Origin: an uncultured Methanolobus sp.
GTDB taxonomy: Archaea > Halobacteriota > Methanosarcinia > Methanosarcinales > Methanosarcinaceae
Direction of reading: 5' to 3'
DNA: 64,000 nucleotides
Assembly (NCBI GenBank): GCA_963675495.1
Contig: OY776215.1
Location: 1,312,001 to 1,376,000, forward strand
Positions 49,900-60,060 of the stretch are shown here, one piece after another. Position 1 is the first letter of the stretch, and each line of letters starts with the position of its first letter. The position numbers and the translations under genes were made by a program. The notes beneath the pieces are model-generated. The model saw nothing but the letters and a program-made list of their open reading frames with translations, was not told the origin of the DNA and did no database searches.

Positions 49900-50556
49900 T
49901 TGAATCCGAAAAATAAAATGTTGATCGTTGATGATGAGCGAATCAACGTAGCACTCCTTACATCGTATCTTTCTGAGACTTACGACATAGTTTCAGTCTC
50001 AAATGGTGAGGAAGCACTTAAAATAGTGAAAACTTAAAATCCAGGCCTTGTACTGCTCGATATAGTTATGCTCGGAATGGACGGATTTGACGTATGCAAA
50101 ATAATCAAGCAGGACTATAAACTTGATTTTATACCTATAATAATGCTCACGGCTCTGACGTCCAGGGATGATCACCAGAAAGGAATTGAAGTTGGTGCGG
50201 ATGACTTCCTGAAAAAACCTGCTGACAAATTTGAACTGAATGAAAAGATCAGAGCCCTTCTGCGCATCAAAGAGCAGCATGATTCGCACCTCATCGACCG
50301 CAACAAAGCATACGAATATCTCGGTTATGTTGGAGTATTGATAGCTGTTCTTGACAAAGATCACAAACTCATCCATATTAACAAAAAAGGTGCTGATATT
50401 CTTGGCTATAAAAGAGAGAATATTATTAATAGAGATTGGCTGGACCTTTTTGTTGCGGAAACTTATGTAGAGCCTGTGAAAAGCAAATATGACAATCTTC
50501 TGAACAAAGGAAAATCCAATAGTAAGGATGCTGAGATGGCTGTGTTGAGGAGATAA
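49900..50556 (+). pseudogene. response-regulator receiver + PAS pseudogene
   Basis: Frame from TTG 49900 reads LIVDDE.IN...NGEEAL.IVKT*NPGLVLLDIVM..MDG, with an in-frame TAA at 50035-50037. It ends within the PAS domain. Confidence 0.8.
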
Positions 50557-50691
50557 ACTAGTGTGATGTTGTCAACGTTCAACTCATTTCGTGCTTTGGA
50601 ATAACAGGTATTTACAGCCAGATGCTTATGTTCTAAGGTCCCAACCTGTTTTTCGAATACACTATTTAGTTCATAAAAACTGATACATAGA

Positions 50692-50724
50692 TTTAAATAT
50701 TAATACCTAAGTAGTTACTTTCCG
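50692..50724 (+). promoter_or_regulatory. ferredoxin promoter with shared nitrogen motif
   Basis: TTTAAATA (50692-50699)-N21-TCCG (50721-50724). Confidence 0.6.
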
Positions 50725-50777
50725 AATACAAATATTTAAAGACATGGCTTAAAAACATAAATTTAAGGAGGCTCATC

Positions 50778-51083
50778 ATGCAAAAACCAAACAACCATAT
50801 ATTTATTTGCGCAAGCACAAGACTGAACGGCAAAGTCCAGGGCGCATGCAAGAACAAAGATTCACATGACCTGGTAGCAATGTTTAACGAAGCAATAATG
50901 GATAGAGATCTGGAAGGTGAAGTGATGGTTACTTCGACCGGATGTGTGGGTCTCTGCGAAAAAGGACCAATAGTAATGATCTATCCTCAGCAGACATGGT
51001 ATGGAGAGGTAGCTGAAGATGATATCGATGACATACTTGATGCAATTGAGGAAGGTGCAGTTGTGGACAGATTGTGCATATAA
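50778..51083 (+). CDS. thioredoxin-like [2Fe-2S] ferredoxin
   Basis: HIFIC...GAC...TGCVGLCEKGP...YP...WY. GGAGG RBS. Confidence 0.9.
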   Translation: MQKPNNHIFICASTRLNGKVQGACKNKDSHDLVAMFNEAIMDRDLEGEVMVTSTGCVGLCEKGPIVMIYPQQTWYGEVAEDDIDDILDAIEEGAVVDRLCI

Positions 51084-51101
51084 ATCGATGGAATACGAGA
51101 C

Positions 51102-51146
51102 TATAAAGCGATTTGTTCAATATTATTGAATAAATCCCTTTTTATA
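51102..51146 (+). terminator. imperfect hairpin after ferredoxin
   Basis: AAAGCGATTTGTTCAAT / ATTGAATAAATCCCTTT arms followed by a T-tract. Confidence 0.4.
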
Positions 51147-51596
51147 GAGCTGTAGAAACCCTCATTTGAATAGTACCTTTTTGATCTGGTTTCTTCACCA
51201 TATTTTCTTTTGGAACATAAAAATTGTTAATATCAGATCTCTATTATGATACAATTTTTATCAACTGCTTCTGCCATTATCCTACAATATACCATCAAAT
51301 CATGGATTTAACGGAGTTTATCTTCTGAATTTAATATTTAAGTCGGTTTTTCACATATCCAAATTTATAAGAATTAAAATTTTGCCTTGACCAAGAAATC
51401 ACAATGAATACTTGAAAGGTTGTCTTTTCCGGATATATAAATATTTACCTAAAGCGGACGAAAATTTCCTTTTTTAGCTGAAAACGGACATAGTTAGCAT
51501 ACATTTGTATTTTATGCATAATGTAGAGATCACATACCCTATAGACAGCGTTTTTAACAAATAAATTAGAAAATCATACTTACCATAACAAATAGT

Positions 51597-51629
51597 TTTA
51601 AATATAGTAACATAGTACATAGGATTCCG
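51597..51629 (+). promoter_or_regulatory. nifH promoter with shared nitrogen motif
   Basis: TTTAAATA (51597-51604)-N21-TCCG (51626-51629). Confidence 0.65.
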
Positions 51630-51710
51630 TTGTATGATACAAATCAAAGCAGCTCCAATAACACAAATTCATACAACAAATCCAATAGAAAAACACATCA
51701 AAAAGTATAG

Positions 51711-52544
<834 letters not shown>

Positions 52545-52554
52545 GGTGAAAAAA

Positions 52555-52872
52555 ATGCAAATGGTTCGTGCAATTGTCAGGCCTAACAAGGTATCTGACA
52601 TCGTTGAAGAACTTGAGAAGGGTGGCTACGTTTCCCTTACCAAGACCGATGTATACGGAAGAGGAAAGCAGAGAGGTATACACACAGCTGAAGTGCAATT
52701 TGACGAACTTCCAAAGACAATGCTCATGATGGTAATTGAAGATGATGAGAAGTCAAAAGTTCTGGATATAATCAAGAGTTCAGCTCACACAGGAAAGTAT
52801 GGAGACGGAAAGATCTTCGTAAATCCAGTTGAAAACGCTTACACAATACGCACCGGCGAAAGTGGACTTTAA
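52555..52872 (+). CDS. nifI1: PII-like nitrogenase regulator 1
   Basis: PII motifs (GRGKQ, GDGKIFV), first of the pair between nifH and nifD. ATG 52555 follows GAGGTG. Confidence 0.92.
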   Translation: MQMVRAIVRPNKVSDIVEELEKGGYVSLTKTDVYGRGKQRGIHTAEVQFDELPKTMLMMVIEDDEKSKVLDIIKSSAHTGKYGDGKIFVNPVENAYTIRTGESGL

Positions 52873-52891
52873 ACCCGAAGGGGAATGTTAA

Positions 52892-53272
52892 ATGAAGGAA
52901 ATAACGGCAATCATTCGTATGAACAAGGTGCACAAGACCCTAGATGCACTTTCAGAGTGCGGATACCCATCTTTCACCGTGGAAAAGGTAATGGGCAGAG
53001 GAAAGCAAAAGGGATTATGCTATGAATTTGACCCACCACTTCCTGAGCAGGAAGGAGTTTCAGCAAAGAACTGTATCCCATTCATTCCAAAGCGCCTGTT
53101 TACCATAGTTGTCGACGATAAGGCAGCAGACAGGGTAGTCCAGAGGATAATCAACATCAACCAGACAGGACATGCAGGGGATGGAAAGATCTTCGTAACA
53201 GACATACCTGAATCCTTCAGGATAAGGACAGGAGAAGAAGGCAATATCACTGTAGAGAGGGAAGAACAATGA
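52892..53272 (+). CDS. nifI2: PII-like nitrogenase regulator 2
   Basis: MKEI.AIIRMNK, extended T-loop, IPKR, GDGKIFV. Confidence 0.92.
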   Translation: MKEITAIIRMNKVHKTLDALSECGYPSFTVEKVMGRGKQKGLCYEFDPPLPEQEGVSAKNCIPFIPKRLFTIVVDDKAADRVVQRIININQTGHAGDGKIFVTDIPESFRIRTGEEGNITVEREEQ

Positions 53273-54849
53273 GCTCAGAAATTGAACATTCACAGGGTGT
53301 CATTGATGAGATGATGAAGATCTACCCTGAGAAGGTCGCAAAGGACAGGAGGAAGCACTTAACTGTCAAAGATTCATGTTCCGAAGAAAATCACATCGAA
53401 GCTAATGCCAAGACCATTCCAGGCATAATGACAAACCGTGGTTGTGCCTATGCCGGTGGTAAGGGTGTGGTAATGGGACCTATCAAGGATATGGTTCACA
53501 TCACACACGGACCAATTGGCTGTGGCTATTACACCTGGGGAACCAGGAGAAACATGGCCAAGGCGGAAGATGGTGGTGACAACTTCCTTCAATACTGTTT
53601 CTCAACCGACATGAAAGAAACAGATATTGTATTCGGTGGTGAGAAGAAACTCAAGGCAGCTATCGATGACGTTGTGAGGATCTTCAAGCCAGGTGCAATA
53701 TCGATCTGTGCAACATGCCCTGTAGGACTTATTGGCGATGATATAGAAGCAGTTGCTGCAGAAGCAGAGGAAGAACATGGTGTAAAGATAATGTCCCTTC
53801 GTTGTGAAGGTTACAGAGGTGTAAGCCAGTCAGCAGGACATCACATTGCAAGTAACGTGATCATGGAGCATATCGTTGGTACCGAGGAACTGGAGAATCC
53901 AACACCATTTGACATCAACATCTTTGGTGAATACAATATTGGTGGTGACCTATGGGAGATCAAGCCACTCTTTGAAAAGATCGGATACCGCATAGTTTCA
54001 AGCTTCACAGGAGACGGCTCGTACCATAATCTTGCAAAGGCACACCAGGCCAAACTCAGTGTCCTTCTTTGTCACAGGTCAGTGAACTACACTAACCGCA
54101 TGATGGAAGAAAAGTACGGAGTACCATGGTTAAAGGTCAATTACATAGGCATCGAAGGTACAAAGAAGTCATTCAGAAAGATGGCACAATTCTTCGATGA
54201 CCCTGAAATTACAAGAAAGACAGAAGAGATCATTGAAGAAGAGATGGCAAAGATCCAGCCTGAACTTGAAAAGTACAGAAACAAGCTTCAGGGCAAGACA
54301 GCTTTCATTTACTCCGGAGGATCCAGATCACACCACTACCAGAATCTCTTTGAAGATCTTGGTATGAAGGTTCTGGTTGCAGGATACCAGTTTGCTCACC
54401 GTGATGACTACGAAGGAAGACAGATACTTGATGGTTTGAAGGAAAAAGCATCCAGTGGAATGCTTGAAGATCTACACTATGAGATGGAGGAAGGATTTGA
54501 ACCTGCCATCAGTGAAGAACGCATGAAGGAACTCAAGGAAAAGCTTGGTCTGATGTCCTATGACGGAATGATGCCGGAAATGAAGGATGGTACGATCGCT
54601 GTGGATGACCTCAACCACTACGAGACTGAATTCCTCATCAAGGAACTCAAGCCAGACCTGTTCTGTTCAGGTATCAAGGACAAGTACATGGCACAAAAGA
54701 TGGGAATTCCATCCAGGCAGATCCACTCCTACGACTACAGCGGACGTTACACCGGTTTCACAGGTGTACTCAACTTCGCAAGAGATATCGATATGGCAGT
54801 GAACAACCCAAGCTGGAAGCTCTTAAAGACCCCATGGAAGGCAGAGTAA
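53269..54849 (+). CDS. nifD: nitrogenase MoFe protein alpha chain
   Basis: RGCAYAG, HGPIGC, ATCP P-cluster Cys; CHRS and HSYDY cofactor ligands; clostridial-type insertion. Confidence 0.96.
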   Translation: MSSEIEHSQGVIDEMMKIYPEKVAKDRRKHLTVKDSCSEENHIEANAKTIPGIMTNRGCAYAGGKGVVMGPIKDMVHITHGPIGCGYYTWGTRRNMAKAEDGGDNFLQYCFSTDMKETDIVFGGEKKLKAAIDDVVRIFKPGAISICATCPVGLIGDDIEAVAAEAEEEHGVKIMSLRCEGYRGVSQSAGHHIASNVIMEHIVGTEELENPTPFDINIFGEYNIGGDLWEIKPLFEKIGYRIVSSFTGDGSYHNLAKAHQAKLSVLLCHRSVNYTNRMMEEKYGVPWLKVNYIGIEGTKKSFRKMAQFFDDPEITRKTEEIIEEEMAKIQPELEKYRNKLQGKTAFIYSGGSRSHHYQNLFEDLGMKVLVAGYQFAHRDDYEGRQILDGLKEKASSGMLEDLHYEMEEGFEPAISEERMKELKEKLGLMSYDGMMPEMKDGTIAVDDLNHYETEFLIKELKPDLFCSGIKDKYMAQKMGIPSRQIHSYDYSGRYTGFTGVLNFARDIDMAVNNPSWKLLKTPWKAE

Positions 54850-54862
54850 AGGAGGAAGAAAA

Positions 54863-56233
54863 ATGTTAGATTATACACCAAAGGAAGAAGTCCAGAGAGA
54901 TGCACTGGTCGTTAACCCTGCCAAGATATGCCAGCCTATTGGTGCATCATACGCTGCAATGGGTATACACAACTGTATGCCCCACAGCCATGGATCACAG
55001 GGATGTCTCTCATACCTGAGAATGTGTCTTACAAGACACTTCAGGGAACAAACTGTAGGAACTACCAGTAGTTTCTATGAAGGAACCGCCGTTTTCGGTG
55101 GTGCATCCAATCTCAAGAAGTCACTGGCCAACATTGAGGCAGTATACACACCGGAAGTTGTTGCAATTCACACAACATGTCTTTCAGAGACAATTGGTGA
55201 TGACGTTAACCAGATAATAGAAGATGTACAGATGGAAGAACTTATCGACCCATCCATCAAACTATGTGCTGCATCAACCCCAAGTTATGTGGGTTCCCAC
55301 GTAACAGGCTATGACAACATGGTAAAGTCATTCGTTACAACCTTTGCCACGAAGACAAAGCCAAATGGTAAGCTCAACCTGATCCCGGGTTTTGTGGACC
55401 CTGGTGACATACGCGAGATGAAGAGAATACTCTCCATCATGAACATACCAACTATCGTATTCCCTGACCAGACAGATGTGTTCGATGCAGGAATTACCGG
55501 AGATGGTGGACTCTTTGCGAAGGGCGGTACACCAATAGGTGATGTTGAGGACAGTGCAAACTCAATAGGAACAATTGCGCTCTGCGGCATGGCAGGAGGC
55601 GCAGCAGCAAACGTATTCAAGAACAAGTTCAAGATGCCAGTACAGATAGGACCTGTACCAATAGGTGTTCGTTACACTGACAGGTTCATCATGAAGGCAG
55701 CAGAACTTGCAAGCGTCCCAATCCCACCGGAACTGGAACATGAGAGACAAAGAGTCGTTGACATGATGACAGATGCTCACCCGCACTTCTACGGAAAGAA
55801 AGTAGCCATATTCGGTGACTGCGACATAATAGAAGGTCTGACAAGCCTGGTACTTGAAATGGGAATGGAACCAACTGTAGTCCTTTCAGGTTCTGTAAGC
55901 AAGAAATTCGAGGAAAGAGTTTCAGAAATGATACATCCAATGTACCCTGACTCACATATCCTCACCGGAGCAGACCTATTCACACTCCACCAGATCATAA
56001 AGAACGAGCCTGTAGACATGCTGATCGGTAACACCTATGGAAAGCACATAGCACTTGCTGAAGATATTCCATTGATCAGAGTCGGATTCCCAATCATGGA
56101 CAGGGCAAACTTACATTACTTCCCTGTCATGGGATATGCAGGAGCAGCTCGAATGATCGAGTGGATCGGAAACACTTTCCTGGACATTAAGGATAAGACA
56201 ATTCCTGAAGAAGAACTTGAGGTCGTTCAATAA
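54863..56233 (+). CDS. nifK: nitrogenase MoFe protein beta chain
   Basis: NPAKICQP, HGSQGC, TTCLSETIGDD, GFPI.DR. Confidence 0.96.
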   Translation: MLDYTPKEEVQRDALVVNPAKICQPIGASYAAMGIHNCMPHSHGSQGCLSYLRMCLTRHFREQTVGTTSSFYEGTAVFGGASNLKKSLANIEAVYTPEVVAIHTTCLSETIGDDVNQIIEDVQMEELIDPSIKLCAASTPSYVGSHVTGYDNMVKSFVTTFATKTKPNGKLNLIPGFVDPGDIREMKRILSIMNIPTIVFPDQTDVFDAGITGDGGLFAKGGTPIGDVEDSANSIGTIALCGMAGGAAANVFKNKFKMPVQIGPVPIGVRYTDRFIMKAAELASVPIPPELEHERQRVVDMMTDAHPHFYGKKVAIFGDCDIIEGLTSLVLEMGMEPTVVLSGSVSKKFEERVSEMIHPMYPDSHILTGADLFTLHQIIKNEPVDMLIGNTYGKHIALAEDIPLIRVGFPIMDRANLHYFPVMGYAGAARMIEWIGNTFLDIKDKTIPEEELEVVQ

Positions 56234-56267
56234 AACGACCTACCTAATTTATTAGCGGAGTGAGAAC

Positions 56268-57767
56268 ATGCCAGACATTACAAGCGTGGTTAACACGCTG
56301 GATGAAAGACAACCATACATAACCCTAAAGCAGGCAAAGAAGAGCAGCGAACTAGCATGCGACAATACATCCATCGCGGGTTCAATGAGCCAGAGAGCCT
56401 GTGTTTATTCAGGAGCTCGCGTGGCATTGAATCCTGTGACCGATGCTGTACACCTTGTACACGGTCCAATTGGATGCGCAAGTTACACCTGGGATATCAG
56501 GGGTAGCCTGTCAAGTGATAAGGAAACGTTCCGTACCAGTTTCTCAACTGATATGAAGGAACTTGACGTAGTATTCGGCGGCGAGAAAAAACTTTCAAAG
56601 AGTATCGACGAGATTGTCGAGTTATACAAACCCCCGGTCATCTTTGTCTATTCAACCTGTATTGTCGGTATAATCGGAGATGACCTTGAAGCGATTTGCA
56701 AGGAAGCAACCGAGCGAGTAGGCATTCCTGTAATACCTGTACAATCAGAAGGTTTCAAGGGAACAAAGTCTGATGGGTATAAGGCAGCGTGCAATGCACT
56801 TATGCAGATCATCGGAACAAAGGAACCTGAAATAACCTCAGAATACAGGATCAACATCTTTGGCGATTACAATGTGGCAGGAGATGTATGGCTGGTAAAG
56901 CCCCTCTTTGAAAAGATGGGAATACAGGTCATTACTTCCATGACAGGAGATGCAACAGTAGATACCATCTCAAAGTCACACGGAGCCCATTTGAATTTAG
57001 TGCAGTGTTCAGGTTCCATGACATACCTTGCAAAGTGGATGAAGAAGGAATATGGAATTCCCTTCAAGAAGGTTAGTTATTTTGGAATCGAGGATATTGC
57101 AATTGCACTTAGAACAACAGCTGAGTTCTTTGGTTCTGAAGAAATGATGAGAATCGCTGAAGAGATCATCGAAAAGGAAACAGAGAGAATAATGCCTGAA
57201 ATTCAGGCAATCAGAAAAAGGGTTCAGGGAAAGACCGCGGCAATATACATGGGCGGCGCTGCCAAGGCACTTACACTCATTAAGGGCTTCCGGGAACTTG
57301 GAATGGAAGTCGTTATAATAGGTACTCAGACTGGAAAGCGGGATGATTACAAGCAGATCAGTTATCAGGTGAAGGATGGAACAGTCATTGTAGATGACGC
57401 AAACCCGCTGGAACTTGCCGACCTTCTTGTTAACCAAAAAGCAGACCTCATGGTTGCAGGTGTCAAGGAAAGATTCCTGGCTTACAAGCTTGGTGTCTCT
57501 TTCTGTGATTTCAACCATGACAGGGTCATTGAATTTGAGGGATATGACGGGTTCCTGAACTTTGCAAGAGAGCTGGATATTTCCATTAACAGCCCAGTGT
57601 GGAAGTATGTTGGAAGCAAGCTAGGGAATTCGAATTCAGGAAGCACGAGAATGAAGGATGTCATCAAGTCTACTGAACAAAGCAAATCGGAATCAAATAA
57701 GGTAGTAGGGGAGAGAAGCAATATGCACGAGATCAACACAATTACAGTACAGGAGTCTGTGGCATGA
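56268..57767 (+). CDS. nifE: FeMo-cofactor scaffold NifE
   Basis: SQRACVYSGA, HGPIGC, YSTC, VQCSGS. Confidence 0.93.
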   Translation: MPDITSVVNTLDERQPYITLKQAKKSSELACDNTSIAGSMSQRACVYSGARVALNPVTDAVHLVHGPIGCASYTWDIRGSLSSDKETFRTSFSTDMKELDVVFGGEKKLSKSIDEIVELYKPPVIFVYSTCIVGIIGDDLEAICKEATERVGIPVIPVQSEGFKGTKSDGYKAACNALMQIIGTKEPEITSEYRINIFGDYNVAGDVWLVKPLFEKMGIQVITSMTGDATVDTISKSHGAHLNLVQCSGSMTYLAKWMKKEYGIPFKKVSYFGIEDIAIALRTTAEFFGSEEMMRIAEEIIEKETERIMPEIQAIRKRVQGKTAAIYMGGAAKALTLIKGFRELGMEVVIIGTQTGKRDDYKQISYQVKDGTVIVDDANPLELADLLVNQKADLMVAGVKERFLAYKLGVSFCDFNHDRVIEFEGYDGFLNFARELDISINSPVWKYVGSKLGNSNSGSTRMKDVIKSTEQSKSESNKVVGERSNMHEINTITVQESVA

Positions 57768-59179
57768 GCGAGCGTAACTACACAACTGTCAACCCCTGTA
57801 TAATGTGCCAACCTATTGGCAGTGTGATGGCATTTAAGGGAATAGAAGATTCAATGGTGCTACTGCACGGCTCACAGGGTTGCAGTACATACATGAGACT
57901 GCACCTTGCACATCATTTCAGGGAACCAGTGGATATAGGTTCAAGCTCACTTAGTGAGAAGGGCGCAGTCTACGGTGGAAGCGAAAATCTGAAGAAGGCA
58001 CTTAAGAATATAATATCACGCTATGATCCGAAGGTTATCGGTGTTTCAACCACATGTCTTGCCGAAACAATAGGAGATGATATTTCCCGCATAATCAGTG
58101 AGTTCAGGGAAGAGGAAAACATTGGTGATGAAAGGATAATCATTCCGGTACCAACACCCAGCTATGAAGAAAGTCACAACAGTGGATATATCAAGGCTGT
58201 TGAGGCTATTGTCAAGACCTTCACACTGGAAGACTCAAAGAAGGAAATATTCAATAATAAGCTCAATGTTGTGCTTTCAGAGAACATCTCACCTGAAGAT
58301 ACAAGGGAAATGAAGCATATTTTCACCAGTATCGTAGGACAGAATTCATTTATACTCCTGCCTGATATCTCAGAGACATTTGATGCACCCATGACAGGAG
58401 ACCTTCGCAAGATACCTCTGGGAGGAACAACACACTCTGATATTGCAGACATGAAGAACAGTGCGGCAAGCATCGGACTGGGAATTACAAACGATAACAG
58501 AGCAGTAAATTATCTTGAACAGACCTTTGACATCCCTGCACAAAACCTGCCACTACCGATAGGACTTGAATACACTGACAGGGTACTGAATGAGTTATCT
58601 AATATATCCGGGATGGAGACCCCTGATGAGTTCCAGAAGGAAAGAGGCAGACTTATCGATGCCATGGTAGATGCCCATAAGTATGTGTATGGCACTAAGG
58701 TTGCAATTTATGGAGACCCGAACAACGTGCTTGGAATGTTATCCCTTGCACTTGAAAATGGTATGCACCCAATACTTGTAGTTGCTTCCAGCAAGTCACC
58801 AAGATTTGCAGAACATGCTATGGAAAGGGTTGACCAGGTAAAGCCAGATTGCGATGTTACGATCCTTGAAGATGTGGACTTTGATACTTTCAATGATGCT
58901 GTTAGAAAGGCAAGACCCCAGATGCTTATTGGAAACTCCAATGGAAAGTACATTGCAAAGGATATGAACATCCCGCTGATAAGATTCGGGTTCCCAATAC
59001 ATGACAGGGTCGGTGCCCAAAGATTATTGACAATTGGATACAAGGGAGCAATGCGCATGCTTGACAGGATAACCAATACTATCCTGGAAGTTCAGGATAC
59101 TGAACTAGCTGCGAAATGGTCTGAACCGGAAAGCTACGTTCCGCTCGGCGAGAATTCATTTCATTCCGCAGAAGCGTGA
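57764..59179 (+). CDS. nifN: FeMo-cofactor scaffold NifN
   Basis: VNPC.MCQP, HGSQGC..Y, HFREP, GFPI.DR.GAQ. Follows nifE. Confidence 0.92.
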   Translation: MSERNYTTVNPCIMCQPIGSVMAFKGIEDSMVLLHGSQGCSTYMRLHLAHHFREPVDIGSSSLSEKGAVYGGSENLKKALKNIISRYDPKVIGVSTTCLAETIGDDISRIISEFREEENIGDERIIIPVPTPSYEESHNSGYIKAVEAIVKTFTLEDSKKEIFNNKLNVVLSENISPEDTREMKHIFTSIVGQNSFILLPDISETFDAPMTGDLRKIPLGGTTHSDIADMKNSAASIGLGITNDNRAVNYLEQTFDIPAQNLPLPIGLEYTDRVLNELSNISGMETPDEFQKERGRLIDAMVDAHKYVYGTKVAIYGDPNNVLGMLSLALENGMHPILVVASSKSPRFAEHAMERVDQVKPDCDVTILEDVDFDTFNDAVRKARPQMLIGNSNGKYIAKDMNIPLIRFGFPIHDRVGAQRLLTIGYKGAMRMLDRITNTILEVQDTELAAKWSEPESYVPLGENSFHSAEA

Positions 59180-59216
59180 AGACAATACCAAAAACGTGTA
59201 ATTAAAAACGAATATT

Positions 59217-59262
59217 ATGCAGGATTTAAGAAAAGTAACATTATCCTGCATTAACTTTTTTA
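59217..59262. terminator. hairpin between convergent nifN and next gene
   Basis: ATGCAGGAT...ATCCTGCAT followed by a T-tract. Confidence 0.45.
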
Positions 59263-59302
59263 TTCACTATCTCCATTCTGATTTTTTAAGATTGAAACTG
59301 AC

Positions 59303-60025
59303 CTAAAGAGGAGCCATGACATCAAGCTCCTGATCATAGTCATAAACATTGATAGTATTGTGTATTATTACAGGAGAGTTCATTCCCTGAACTTTCATCT
59401 GTATGTCGATGTAAGTCTCAATGGAGATAATATAATAAGTATCTTCATCAATGAGATATCTCACGTAATAATCACGTAACTGCTCAGTTCCCTGGAGGTC
59501 CAGACCTACCTTGTCAGCCTCCTTCATCAATGCTGTCTGGTCAGGAATTGCTGTGAGCACTATGCCTCTGTCGGTCCTTTCCATACTGAGGTTCGTGGAC
59601 TCTTCAAGAAGGAACTCATTCCTTGATAACTGGTCATTGCTTTCCCAAGTGGCATCATCCAGATTTCTGGATTCCCATGTACCATTGTCCTCTCTTATGT
59701 ATGCTTTCTCATCAACAACTATCATATCTATGGACCTTTCAGGTGAGTAAAATATGATATCCATCTCCTGGTCACCATAACCAACATAACCACTTCCGTT
59801 CAAAGGAGATATTGTCTCTCCGAGGAGTGTGATCTCATTGCTCACGTTGAACTGGTAGGACCCAATATCCTCTGAGACATGTATAACTCTTCCTGCAAGA
59901 TCATATGGATCATTTATCTCTCTGTGCTCTGCATAATAATAAATACTGGACAATATTAATATGGAAATAATAATTAGAGCAGCATAAAGCTGCTTGCTAC
60001 TACCCCCTTTTTCTGCTGCTGACAA
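59303..60025 (-). CDS. membrane-anchored extracytoplasmic protein (LolA/LppX-like beta fold suspected)
   Basis: TTG start with AGGTGA RBS, N-terminal TM, beta-rich body ending YDY...DV..P. Confidence 0.6.
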   Translation of the reverse strand: MSAAEKGGSSKQLYAALIIISILILSSIYYYAEHREINDPYDLAGRVIHVSEDIGSYQFNVSNEITLLGETISPLNGSGYVGYGDQEMDIIFYSPERSIDMIVVDEKAYIREDNGTWESRNLDDATWESNDQLSRNEFLLEESTNLSMERTDRGIVLTAIPDQTALMKEADKVGLDLQGTEQLRDYYVRYLIDEDTYYIISIETYIDIQMKVQGMNSPVIIHNTINVYDYDQELDVMAPL

Positions 60026-60060
60026 TCAGATCACCTTTGTGTACATAGATTAGATTCCCC

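Noticed and set aside
50035-50037. In-frame stop as pyrrolysine read-through
   Set aside because: The codon is TAA, not TAG, and the gene is also truncated downstream.
50520-50690. Minus-strand open frame (..TCYSKARNEL..) as a transposase fragment
   Set aside because: No start codon, DDE motif or terminal repeat can be supported without a search.
51456-51469. GGAC-N6-TTCC as a canonical NrpR operator
   Set aside because: It has one mismatch, lies about 130 nt upstream of the TATA box, and I saw no counterpart at amtB by eye. Too weak alone.
53269-56233. Alternative (V or Fe-only) nitrogenase
   Set aside because: No G subunit gene between D and K, nifE and nifN are present, and the ligand motifs fit Mo-type Nif.
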